A stretch of DNA of 63,909 nt, the filler included, from Vicugna vicugna (lineage: Eukaryota), in the NCBI GenBank assembly GCA_013265495.1. It is 77 parts of 76 records of this genome, joined end to end, with 100 filler letters (N's around TTAATTAATTAA, not from the genome) between each part and the next. Parts side by side here need not be neighbours in the genome. Positions count along the whole stretch, not along the records: positions 37,624 to 38,306 come from PNXW01011458.1; positions 38,407 to 39,062 come from PNXW01011460.1; positions 39,163 to 39,991 come from MU059854.1; positions 40,092 to 40,979 come from PNXW01011465.1; positions 41,080 to 41,830 come from PNXW01011468.1; positions 41,931 to 42,665 come from MU059857.1; positions 42,766 to 43,425 come from PNXW01011480.1; positions 43,526 to 44,518 come from MU059858.1; 69 more parts are not named here. One strand, 5' to 3'. Under the pieces are notes generated by a model, which saw nothing but the letters and a program-made list of their open reading frames with translations, searched no databases and was not told the DNA's origin. Of the stretch, positions 37,524 through 49,308 are shown one piece after another (within the stretch, counting starts at the first letter, position 1; each line of letters starts with the position of its first letter). Both the position numbers and the translations under genes were made by a program.

Positions 37524-38406
37524 NNNNNNNNNNNNNNNNNNNNNNNNNNNNNNNNNNNNNNNNNNNNTTAATTAATTAANNNNNNNNNNNNNNNNNNNNN
37601 NNNNNNNNNNNNNNNNNNNNNNNCAGGAACACGCAGGGGCTTTCTCAGACTTTCTCAGAGAGATCACATCTGTGGCCAAGGGTCTGTAAGCACACTCAAT
37701 CAAGCTTATAATTTTTTCACTGAAAGATATTAAAGAGCAGCATGATAAGACTTGCTTTGAAAAATTATACTTCAAGGCCCACTTTTGATTTATTTTGTTT
37801 TAACATATATTATCTGCAACAAAAGTAACTCCATATTCCCACTAGGCATTTTCCACTGTCCCACCTCATTGGGAACAAGACCCTGGAACAAGCAGGGCTC
37901 CTCTCGCAGTGCCCGGTGGGGACGGCCTGGGTCACTTCAGGACTCCTGCATCAGTGCCGGGCTGCCACCTCCACCTCCGTCAAGTCTGAAGCAAAGAAGG
38001 GCCAGGAGCATCTCCTCCCGAGCTCGGACTCCTACGGGGTGTGTGGGACACCCCTGCTCGGGGGAATGGGGGTCCCTGGCCACGTGGCCAGCTTCCTCTC
38101 ACACTGGAGGTCCATCATTCCACATTTGGGAGTCTTAATTAAAGGGGAATGAGGGAAAGCCTGGAAGAGAAACCCAGCTATGCACACCTGGGCAAGGGGA
38201 ACAACATGTGAACCTCTCGGCCCGGACACAGCCTAGAGGAGGCTTCTTGGATGTTCGCCCAAATCAAATGAGCCCCTGGGTCATTTCTAGGCACTAAGCA
38301 TGCCTTNNNNNNNNNNNNNNNNNNNNNNNNNNNNNNNNNNNNNNNNNNNNTTAATTAATTAANNNNNNNNNNNNNNNNNNNNNNNNNNNNNNNNNNNNNN
38401 NNNNNN

Positions 38407-38656
38407 GGCCTTTAAGGGGTAATGAAGGTTAAATGCGGTCAGAAGGGTGGAGCCCTAATCCAATAGTACTGGAGCCCTTAAGAGGCATCAAGGAAGCAGA
38501 ATTAAGGCCATGTGACAACACCATGAGGGTGGTGGCTACAGGCCGAGGAGAGAGACCTCACGGGAAACAGCGCGAGGGCTTCCAGCCTCCGGGACGGTGA
38601 GGTACAGTAAACGTGTACTGTGTGAGGTTGTTACGGCAGCCGGAGCCAACTTAGAG
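38407..38656 (+). mobile_element. MLT1 (MaLR) LTR fragment
   Basis: GGGTGGAGCCCTAATCCAAT, GGCCATGTGA, CTTCCAGCCTCC..GACGGTGAG and TTGTTACGGCAGCC are MLT1A/B/C hallmarks. Confidence 0.8.
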
Positions 38657-39162
38657 TGGAAGCACGCGCCTCAGGGTCCTGACTGCATTCAGGTATCTCC
38701 AAAGCCCGACATTCTTGTGTTGGTTTCAAACTTCAGGATCCCTGCGATAATCTCCTGCGCGTTTAAGTGAATTCAAATTGGGTCTCTTCTATTTACAACT
38801 AAGTAACATCCTATGGGGCCCCTCAGGGACCTGTGCCACGCCCTCCCCCCTGGTGCTTTTCGGTGTCCTTCTCAAGTGCGTTCTCCTTCTCTGTCTGGCC
38901 TGGCTCCTCGCTGGGCGTGTCTAGCCGCTGTGTTTTGCACGAGTCAGTAACCACTGAGAACGAGCACACAGGACCTGGGCGGCTCTCGTGGGCAAGTGCA
39001 GGGACTCACCTGGAGATGTACCTAAGGGTCCCGAAGGCTGCCCAGAGGCCTTTTTAGCTTATNNNNNNNNNNNNNNNNNNNNNNNNNNNNNNNNNNNNNN
39101 NNNNNNTTAATTAATTAANNNNNNNNNNNNNNNNNNNNNNNNNNNNNNNNNNNNNNNNNNNN

Positions 39163-39991
39163 GTCTTCGTGTGTGTTCTGGAGGTGGGAAAGATATTCCA
39201 TGCATCTATATGGGGGCACAAGTGTTCCAAATTTGGGGATTTGGTTTAAACATCTCCACTGTCCATAGAGGGGCACTCGCTAATCCTTGTCTTTAGGGCC
39301 CAACCCCCACATTCGCTCACAGCCCGGCCTAGGTAAACACTCANNNNNNNNNNNNNNNNNNNNNNNNNNNNNAGACCTCAGGTGCTGCTGTCATTTGGAG
39401 GAAACTCCCCACATTCAGGATAGAAGAACACTTCCTCGTTTGTGTGCTGGAGGTGGGGAAACAGAGTCCAGGCATCTTTCAGGTGGCACATGTATTCCTA
39501 CGTTGCTGGTTTTAGTTAAAATTTCTCAACTTCACTTGTAGATGCATTGGCTATTACTTGGTATTAGAGTCGAAATCCCACATTCCACTGCACTCCAGCA
39601 TACGCAAACCATCAGGGAAGGCACGTTAAAGGATTCAAGAACACAAGCGCTGCTGACAGTTGGCGGAACATCCCAAAGTTCAGGATTCCGTAACCCAACA
39701 TTTTGTGGCGTGGAGATGTGGAGCAAAAATCCAAGTAGATGAATGGGGTCACACTTGTTCCTAGTTAGGGAGAAGTCCTATAAATACTTGCACATTCCAT
39801 CGGGGGGCAGTTGCTGCTACTTGTCCTCCAAGCCAAACTCCCAGCTTTCCCTCTAAGCCCGGCCTAGGGAAACACTCAAGGAAAACAATCTTAGGGATTC
39901 TATTAGAATCCAGGTGCTCCTGTCATGTGGAGGAGCCTCCCCACTGTCAGGATACTTGACCACGTCTCCGTGTGTGTGCTGCAGGGGGGAA
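39163..39991 (+). repeat. Satellite family D
   Basis: Homologous anchors at 39642 and 39909 (period 267). 39482-39991 closely matches 2013-2527. Confidence 0.9.
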
Positions 39992-41079
39992 NNNNNNNNN
40001 NNNNNNNNNNNNNNNNNNNNNNNNNNNNNNNNNNNTTAATTAATTAANNNNNNNNNNNNNNNNNNNNNNNNNNNNNNNNNNNNNNNNNNNNTAACTAAAA
40101 AAATGCCTTTATACTGGGTAGTGGTTACTCAGACATCTATCGGTTCTCTACTAGTCTATGAGCTATGAAGGAAGGGTCTATGTTTCTATTTTTTATTTTC
40201 TATTAATTTCATAGAAGCCTGATTAAATGATAGGTATTAGAATATAATATCTCTGAGATTCCTTACTGATCTAAATCTCATAAATTTTATGCAAGGTATG
40301 CACATAAGATACTGCATTTTCCAACTGGAAAGAGCCTACCCATAGCCTGGATGCAATCTACAGGTTGCTATGATATGGTCACTACTCAGGTTTGTCCAAG
40401 AAACCTGGCATTTTCTTTGTCTTTGGAGGACCAGCCATGCTTCTCCATTTTTTCCAGTTCATCTGACTATTCTCTGTGGAAAAACAAAAGCCAAGTGGTT
40501 TTTAGATAATCATGATTTTAATACAGTAAAACTCCATGTATTTTGATATTTTTAGCATCTGTTTGAGGTAAAGCTTGACTTAATTCATGACACATTTTAA
40601 AATGTTTAAATATGTTTAATACAAACCAGCTCATCTCCAAATCTTCCAAATGTTATTGGCTATTAGTGATGTGCCAAAAAAAAATTTTTTTATTTATTCC
40701 AGCATGCTTTGAAACAGTACAGTTTTCCTCCCTTGTTTTTTTAGCTATTTATAATGCTGTCTGGAATGGAAGACTTTCATTTTAAAGTGGTATTTCTCTC
40801 AGAAAGTAATCAAGTTTAATTTGAAAGTAAATTAATCCTAAAGGTGTTATAAGGTGTTATAACATTTTTAAAGAAAAGAAATATGTATTTGATTATTTCA
40901 ATCATTGTTTTTGCCTATTTGTTTTCAGAAAAGAAAAGTACAATTTAATTATTAAGTCATGGAACAAAAAGAAAAGATTNNNNNNNNNNNNNNNNNNNNN
41001 NNNNNNNNNNNNNNNNNNNNNNNTTAATTAATTAANNNNNNNNNNNNNNNNNNNNNNNNNNNNNNNNNNNNNNNNNNNN

Positions 41080-41540
41080 TGTGAATGGTCTTCTAATGAT
41101 CCCCCAGTTGGTGGCACCCTCAACTTCTTCCCCGCTACACACAAACACAAAACCAAGGCAGCCTTTCCAAATCACAAATTTGATTACATCACCCCACTTC
41201 AAACCATTCAGAGGCTCCCTGGTGGAATTCTATCCCCACCCCAGACCCTGCTCGCCCAGCCTCACCTCAGTACCCAGGTCCCCAGTGACCTCAGGGGCCC
41301 CCTGACCTGCTCCTACTTCCCACTTGCCTCCAGGCTCATTTTGACTGTTTCCCAAGGAAGCCTTCCCTCCCTCCAAAATCCACAATTTGTTCCTCTGTTC
41401 CTAGAATATTATAGGCTAAAGTAAACTTCTGACAATGCTAAGCTCTCAAGAAGCAAATACATTTTGCTGACTAAAGTGGCTACATCCTCTCTCCCCTAGA
41501 CTCAGAGAAGTACGTGTGTTATGAATAAATAAATGACGGG
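41080..41540 (+). mobile_element. LINE-2 fragment
   Basis: CTTTCCAAATCACAAATTTGATTACATCACCCC..AAACCATTCAGAGGCTCCC, GGAAGCCTTCCCT and a TGAATAAATAAATGA tail. Confidence 0.6.
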
Positions 41541-41930
41541 GTGAGTCTCAAAGTGACAGACATACCTACTCTCGCCCGTCCCGACCCTTCTGTCTGTAGA
41601 ATATCAGAAGCAAAACCAGAAGTACCTTTCCTGAGGGTCACTTTCTGATGACACCCTTCACTGTATACTGTGTCAGTTCTAGTAAAACCCAAGTTCTTCC
41701 AAAGCCCTCCACCCCAGACTCTCTCCAGTGTCTTCCCCAGCAGGGGCACCCTCCACCCTGGACCACACAGGGCACTGTCCCCGGGTCCCCACGCCAAAAG
41801 CCTCCAAGCGCCTGCCCTGGCTGCACCTGCNNNNNNNNNNNNNNNNNNNNNNNNNNNNNNNNNNNNNNNNNNNNTTAATTAATTAANNNNNNNNNNNNNN
41901 NNNNNNNNNNNNNNNNNNNNNNNNNNNNNN

Positions 41931-42665
41931 ATATAGAATACGGAAAGCAGAATTTAGAATGTAGGATCTAGAATGTAAAACACAGAATATAGAATATATA
42001 ACAGAGAATATAGAACCCAGAATTTACAAATGGAATGCAGAAAACAGAATTTATAATATAGAATACAAAATTCTGAATATAGAATTTAGAATATAGAAAG
42101 TAGAACACAGAATACAGAATATAGAAAAGAGAATTTACAACATGGAATGCAGAACNNNNNNNNNNNNNNNNNNNNNNNNNNNNNNNNNNNNNNNNNNNNN
42201 NNNNNNNNNNNNNNNNNNNNNNNNNNNNNNNNNNNNNNNNNNNNNNNNNNNNNNNNNNNNNNNNNNNNNNNNNNNNNNNNNNNNNNNNNNNNNNNNNNNN
42301 NNNNNNNNNNNNNNNNNNNNNNNNNNNNNNNNNNNNNNNNNNNNNNNNNNNNNNNNNNNNNNNNNNNNNNNNNNNNNNNNNNNNNNNNNNNNNNNNNNNN
42401 NNNNNNNNNNNNNNNNNNNNNNNNNNNNNNNNNNNNNNNNNNNNNNNNNNNNNNNNNNNNNNNNNNNNNNNNNNNNNNNNNNNNNNNNNNNNNNNNNNNN
42501 NNNNNNNNNNNNNNNNNNNNNNNNGTGTAGAACATATGGAATATAGTATACGGAATGCAAAATATTGTACGTAGAATCAAGAATGGAAAACTCACAATAT
42601 AGAATACAGAATAGAGAATGTTGAACCCAGAATTTAGAACATGGAATGCAGAACACAGAATTTAG
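41931..42665. repeat. Satellite family C (TATAGAA)n
   Basis: Tandem heptamer variants. Confidence 0.95.
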
Positions 42666-42765
42666 NNNNNNNNNNNNNNNNNNNNNNNNNNNNNNNNNNN
42701 NNNNNNNNNTTAATTAATTAANNNNNNNNNNNNNNNNNNNNNNNNNNNNNNNNNNNNNNNNNNNN

Positions 42766-43425
42766 TTTACATAACCATAGCATTCCGTATTCCAAGCAAG
42801 TTTCATGCAATACGCATTCCCCAAACATGCATTTCTGAGTTGTGAACATGCGCATGACTTATGTTTCAACCATAAAAGTGTACCTATGCACTTTGAAATA
42901 TTTACTATGACTTCATAGCTTCTTCCTATCACCAGTTTCAAGAATCACAATTTGACCGTAGAAAAAATTTCTTGGATCGAAATCTGCCCTAGAGATATGT
43001 AATTTGAATAGATTCCATCAACATGGCATTCCGGTTTCCGTACATGATACATGCATGAAGGATTTGACAAACATGTGTTTCTGAGTTGTGAGCACGTGGA
43101 TTACTAACCTTTCACCCACTAAACAAGGCATATACACTAAACAAATATACCCTTAGAAATATTTACTCTGAATTCATAGATTTTTTCTATCACCCGGATC
43201 TAAAATCAGACATTCGGCACCAGAAAACACTCTTTGAGCGAATTCTCACCAAAACACATGGAATTATCATTGTTTACATAACCATGGCTTTCCGTATTCC
43301 GAACATGTTTCATGCATCACGGATAACTCAAACATGAATTTCTTAATTGTGAACATGCCCATGACTCATATTTCAACAATCAGACAATTTACCTATGCAC
43401 TTTGAAATATTTACTTTGACTTCGT
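42766..43425 (+). repeat. Satellite family B, dimeric variant
   Basis: The ATAACCAT(A/G)G subunit recurs after 507 bp (42771, 43278) instead of ~741. Confidence 0.88.
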
Positions 43426-43525
43426 NNNNNNNNNNNNNNNNNNNNNNNNNNNNNNNNNNNNNNNNNNNNTTAATTAATTAANNNNNNNNNNNNNNNNNNN
43501 NNNNNNNNNNNNNNNNNNNNNNNNN

Positions 43526-44518
43526 ATAAAATGAAAAACACACAATATAGAATAGAGAATATAGAACACATAATTTAGAACATAAATTGCTGAACACAGA
43601 ATGTAGAATATAGAATACATAATACTGAATACAGAATGTAGAAATTGGAAAGTAGAACACAGAATATATAATATAGAAAACGGAAAGCAGATATAGAATA
43701 CAAAATATTTAATGTAGAACACAGAATATAGAATATGGAAAACAAAATACAGAACCCAGAATATAGAACTTGGAATACAGAACACAGAATTTAGAATATA
43801 GAATACAGAATACTGAATATAGTATTTAGATCATTGAAGGCAGAACAGAGAATTTAGACTATAGAATACAGAATACTGAATATAGTATTTAGATCATTGA
43901 AGGCAGAACAGAGAATTTAGACTATAGAATACAGAATACTGAATATACAATTTAGAATATAGAATACAAAATATTTAATGTAGAACACAGAATATAGAAT
44001 ATGGAAAACAGAATACAGAATCCAAAATTTAGAACATGGAATGCAGAACACATAATTTAGAATATAAAATACAGAATACTGAATATAGTATTTAGATCAT
44101 TGAAGGCAGAACAGAGAATTTAGACTATAGAATACAGAATACTGAATATACAATTTAGAATATAGAATGTAGAACACAGAATATAGAATATAGAATCCAG
44201 AATTTAGAACATGATATGTAGAACACTGNNNNNNNNNNNNNNNNNNNNNNNNNNNNNNNNNNNNNNNNNNNNNNNNNNNNNNNNNNNNNNNNNNNNNNNN
44301 NNNNNNNNNNNNNNNNNNNNNNNNNNNNNNNNNNNNNNNNNNNNNNNNNNNNNNNNNNNNNNNNNNNNNNNNNNNGAATAAAGAATTCTGAATCCAGAAT
44401 TTAGAATATAGAATGTAGAACACAGAATATAGGATATAAAATACAGGGTACTGAATATAGAATATAGAATTTTTAATGCAAAACACAGAATTTAGAATAT
44501 AGAATACAGAATACTGAA
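43526..44518. repeat. Satellite family C with a 63-bp (9x7) higher-order duplication
   Basis: 43798-43860 and 43861-43923 are identical; a third copy lies near 44065-44130. Confidence 0.95.
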
Positions 44519-45002
44519 NNNNNNNNNNNNNNNNNNNNNNNNNNNNNNNNNNNNNNNNNNNNTTAATTAATTAANNNNNNNNNNNNNNNNNNNNNNNNNN
44601 NNNNNNNNNNNNNNNNNNACCGACTCGCCGATGCATCCCCCTTAGCTGCTGAGCCGCCTCCATTGCTGTCGATGACCTCTTCCCCTAGCCTTTCCATGCC
44701 TGCTCCCAGGAGCAGGCTAAGTTCAAAGGCTTGAGCCCAACGAATTTGGGGGAGCGGAGGCCGCCCTCAAGCAAGGCAGCTAGGGACATGGGATACAATC
44801 CTATTACTCGCCAGTGGCACAACTCTCCCTGGACAACGCTTCTTAACCCGGTCCACAGAACGCACCCCACCTCTAGTGTGTCAGTCTGTCTGACTGCCTG
44901 CTTGACTGCCTGCCTATTGGAGGATGGGAGAGGCAAGCCTTTGTGTGTGCCCGTCTGTTTATCTAACGGAGGAGGAGGAGACTAGTATGTCTCTCTGCCT
45001 GC

Positions 45003-45057
45003 CTATCTAACTATCTATCTATATATCTATTTATCTACCTAACTATCTATCTATCTA
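45003..45057. repeat. Imperfect (TATC)n microsatellite
   Basis: CTATCTAACTATCTATCTATATATCTAT... Confidence 0.85.
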
Positions 45058-45174
45058 AAGGAGACAAACCTGTAGGCTAGTGTGCCGTTTTATTTGTCTG
45101 TGTATTGGAGGATTAGGTTAGTGTGTCTATCTACATAAATACCAATTTGAAGAACAGGAGGATGCTACCGTGTA

Positions 45175-45210
45175 TGTGTGTGTGTGTGTGTCTGTGTGTG
45201 TGTGTGTGTG
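45175..45210. repeat. (TG)n microsatellite
   Basis: About 18 TG units with one TC interruption. Confidence 0.95.
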
Positions 45211-45445
45211 AGCGCGGGTCTGTGTATCAATGTACCTGAAAGTAGAGTGGGGGGATTCTACTGTATGTGTCTATCAGTCTATGTGTGCATCTAGTATATC
45301 TGTCTATCAGTCTATGTGTGCATCTAACGGAGGAGGTGTAAGCTANNNNNNNNNNNNNNNNNNNNNNNNNNNNNNNNNNNNNNNNNNNNTTAATTAATTA
45401 ANNNNNNNNNNNNNNNNNNNNNNNNNNNNNNNNNNNNNNNNNNNN

Positions 45446-45912
45446 AATTCATGTAAATTACATATCTATTAGGTTAATATCACTCCAGAAGTATTTTTCT
45501 GTGAAAAATGCAAAAATTCAAAACTGGTGTTAGGGAAAACTTTTGAAAATAATTACACGTGTCGAGATAAAAACTATCCTTTTATAGAGGATGAAAGATC
45601 AGTAATGCACATGCTCTCAATTCAGGAATGCATGTTTGTCGAATCCGTCATGCATGTAACATGTACGGAACACCGAATATCATCTTGATGGAATCTATTC
45701 AAATTACATATTCTAGGGTAGAATTCGCTGCAAGTGTGTTTTTCTGGGGTCAAAGTGTGATTCTTGGAACTGGTGATAGGGAGCAGCTACGAAGTCAAAG
45801 TAAATTCGCTTCATGTGTGTTTTTCTGGGATCAAAGTGTGATTCTTGGAACTGGTGATAGGAGCAGATACGAAGTCAAAGTAAATATTTCAAAGTGCATA
45901 GGAAACTTGTTT
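45446..45912 (-). repeat. Satellite family B with an 81-bp internal tandem duplication
   Basis: Reverse complement of B; AATTCGCT...GAAGTCAAAGTA occurs at 45722 and 45803. Confidence 0.92.
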
Positions 45913-46012
45913 NNNNNNNNNNNNNNNNNNNNNNNNNNNNNNNNNNNNNNNNNNNNTTAATTAATTAANNNNNNNNNNNNNNNNNNNNNNNNNNNNNNNN
46001 NNNNNNNNNNNN

Positions 46013-46880
46013 GATATCCCAGTGACCGAGGATGCCTCCCCAAGGTCATGGAAGGTATTTCACGAACTTCCCCGGACTGGGAAATCCTGTGACTGGAGAG
46101 AGTTGCGTGGAGTTGTCTCTCGAGCTCCCCCACGCACTGACAATGGTTCCAGAATCCTGAGCGTGGGGAGGTACCAAAAACGGTCGGCAGCGCGTGGGTT
46201 CTAACGGAATGCCTAAGCGCNNNNNNNNNNNNNNNNNNNNNNNNNNNNNNNNNNNNNNNNNNNNNNNNNNNNNNNNNNNNNNNNNNNNNNNNNNNNNNNN
46301 NNNNNNNNNNNNNNNNNNNNNNNNNNNNNNNNNNNNNNNNNNNNNNNNNNNNNNNNNNNNNNNNNNNNNNNNNNNNNNNNNNNNNNNNNNNNNNNNNNNN
46401 NNNNNNNNNNNNNNNNNNNNNNNNNNNNNNNNNNNNNNNNNNNNNNNNNNNNNNNNNNNNNNNNNNNNNNNNNNNNNNNNNNNNNNNNNNNNNNNNNNNN
46501 NNNNNNNNNNNNNNNNNNNNNNNNNNNNNNNNNNNNNNNNNNNNNNNNNNNNNNNNNNNNNNNNNNNNNNNNNNNNNNNNNNNNNNNNNNNNNNNNNNNN
46601 NNNNNNNNNNNNNNNNNNNNNNNNNNNNNNNNNNNNNNNNNNNNNNCTCCCTCACGCACTGACAATGGTTCCGGAATCCTGAGCGTGGGGAGGTTCCACT
46701 AACGGTCGGCAGCGCGTGGGTTCTAACGGAATGCCTAAGCTCGTCTCCCCTGAGGGTTTTCCTAATGTGTCTGTGCCAGGGAATGGTAGGGGGATTGCAG
46801 GATATCACAGTGACATATGCTGCCTCCCTAAGGTAACGGAAGTTATTTCCCGGACTTCCCCGAACAGGGAACTCCTGTGA
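46013..46880 (-). repeat. Satellite family A
   Basis: Reverse complement of A on both sides of the gap. Confidence 0.95.
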
Positions 46881-47223
46881 NNNNNNNNNNNNNNNNNNNN
46901 NNNNNNNNNNNNNNNNNNNNNNNNTTAATTAATTAANNNNNNNNNNNNNNNNNNNNNNNNNNNNNNNNNNNNNNNNNNNNATAATCATAGTTCTATTTAT
47001 TGACATTACTATATTCTAGGAATTCAGAGGTGACTATGTAGTTGCCTCCTCTTTTGTGGAACTTACTTTCTCTTTGGGGAGACAAAATGACATAGTTGGG
47101 TATCTTGGTGGAGGGAGGTGTTATTCTGTTGAAATTAGCCAGGAGAGGAGATTAAGAAAACAGTGAAGGGTGGGTGAAAGTTTTAGCTGAGGACAGTCTT
47201 GTTCACTTGGCTTTTAATTGCAG

Positions 47224-47290
47224 GCTCAATGAGCTGTCACTGGAGGGACTAGATCTTATGGAGGATGGACTTAGCTCAGGCCTCTTTTGA
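47224..47290 (+). CDS. Candidate terminal coding exon (LNELSLEGLDLMEDGLSSGLF*), gene unidentified
   Basis: A pyrimidine tract and TTGCAG acceptor end at 47223, followed by 21 protein-like codons and TGA. Confidence 0.3.
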
Positions 47291-47639
47291 ATGGACAAGT
47301 GAACACGGAGAAAAACAATCAAATCTTTGCAGACATTAAAAAAGTTCACTTGAACGTGCTCCATCCCTGAGCCAAAGATAGGAAAAATATGCAGCACTTC
47401 TTGTGGACAGAGGAGTGGTTTTTAAGGTTCTAAAAGAATGAATCTTAGGGAACCGAGATGGCCAGTTGTCAAACTGAGACNNNNNNNNNNNNNNNNNNNN
47501 NNNNNNNNNNNNNNNNNNNNNNNNTTAATTAATTAANNNNNNNNNNNNNNNNNNNNNNNNNNNNNNNNNNNNNNNNNNNNTGTATTTGTGTAGGAAATGT
47601 GTTTAGAAATATAATATATGTAATTTTATATATGTATGA

Positions 47640-48038
47640 ATAGAATGTGTAGAAATTAAGTTAACAAATAAGAAGAAAACCTATACATTAAAACATAGAA
47701 AACATTGATGAAGGAAATTAAAACTTATCCAAAGAAATGAAAAGATCTCTTATGTTAATGATGTGAAACAATGTGGTTGAAACAACCATACTACACAAAG
47801 CAATCTACATTTAGTGTGATTCATGTCATAGTACCCATGAGNNNNNNNNNNNNNNNNNNNNNNNNNNNNNNNNAGTTAATTTCTTATATGTAAACACATA
47901 GATCATGAGTTGCCAAAATAATCTTGAAAAATGTATTAAATCTAATAGTGTAAACTTCTCTGATGTTAAACAGCCCAACAAAGCTTTAGTAAGTTAAACA
48001 ACATGATACTGGCTCAAAAACAGACAGCAATAAATAGA
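47640..48038 (+). mobile_element. Decayed LINE-1 ORF2 fragment
   Basis: AAACATTGATGAAGGAAATTAAA, CCATACTACACAAAGCAATCTACA and CATGATACTGGCTCAAAAACAGAC. Confidence 0.8.
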
Positions 48039-48138
48039 NNNNNNNNNNNNNNNNNNNNNNNNNNNNNNNNNNNNNNNNNNNNTTAATTAATTAANNNNNN
48101 NNNNNNNNNNNNNNNNNNNNNNNNNNNNNNNNNNNNNN

Positions 48139-49172
48139 GTTTGTGGAGGTGTTTAAACTACATCCCTAACTTGGGAACACCTGGACCCCCATAAAGATCC
48201 GTGGAATCTGTTTCCACACCTCCAGCACACACACGAAAACTTGCACAGTTATCCTGAGAGTGGGCAGCCTCCTCCAACTGAGAGCAGGGCCTAGGTTCTT
48301 ATAAAATCGCTTAACTTGTCTACCCTGTTTTGTTGCCTGATACGGAGTGCTGGGGAAAGTGTGGGTTTGGCTCTAAATCCAAGTATTAGCGAGTGCTTCT
48401 CCATGGGATTTGGAGGTTATTAGCCAAAACCCCACAATATGGGAATACCTGTGCTCATTGTAAAAAGCGTGGACTCTGTATCCCCACCACCACAACACTC
48501 ATGAAGAAGTTTTCTGCTATCCTGTGTGTGGGCTGGCACTTTCAGGTGACAGAAGCGGCTGGGTTCTAATAGAATCCCTTAGCTTGTAATCCCTGAGTGT
48601 TTCCCTAGGACTGACTCTGAGAGAAACCTGGGGGTTGTTCTTTGTGGCCAAATAGTAGCGAGTGTCCCCGATGGACTGAGGAAGTATTTAGATGAATTCT
48701 CCATAAAGGGAAACACCTGAGCACCCATTCATCTGCGTGGAGTGGGGCTTCAAATCTCCCCACCACACAAGGTTGGGTTCCAGTATCCTGAGGGTGGGGT
48801 AGTTNNNNNNNNNNNNNNNNNNNNNNNNNNNNNNNNNNNNNNNNNNNNNNNNNNNNNNNNNNNNNNNNNNNNNNNNNNNNNNNNNNNNNNNNNNNNNNNN
48901 NNNNNNNNNNNNNNNNNNNNNNNNNNNNNNNNNNNNNNNNNNNNNNNNNNNNNNNNNNNNNNNNNNNNNNNNNNNNNNNNNNNNNNNNNNNNNNNNNNNN
49001 NNNNNNNNNNNNNNNNNNNNNNNNNNNNNNNTTCTGAGTGTGTTTCCACCAACAGGCAACAGCACCTGGGATTTAATAGGATCCCTTAGCTTGACTTCCA
49101 TGAGTGTTTCCATAGGCCGGGCTGTGAGGAAGGTGTGGTTGGACACTAAACCAAAGTAATAGCGAGTGCCTC
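48139..49172 (-). repeat. Satellite family D
   Basis: About 48295-48800 is a close reverse complement of 37030-37523. Confidence 0.9.
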
Positions 49173-49272
49173 NNNNNNNNNNNNNNNNNNNNNNNNNNNN
49201 NNNNNNNNNNNNNNNNTTAATTAATTAANNNNNNNNNNNNNNNNNNNNNNNNNNNNNNNNNNNNNNNNNNNN

Positions 49273-49308
49273 AGTTGGAGCTTGTACCTCCCCATATATA
49301 TGTATGGA
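49273..49308 (+). repeat. 36-bp end of satellite E abutting non-satellite sequence
   Basis: AGTTGGAGCTTGTACCTCCCCATATATATGTATGGA matches the E monomer (cf. 62441-62476). Confidence 0.8.
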
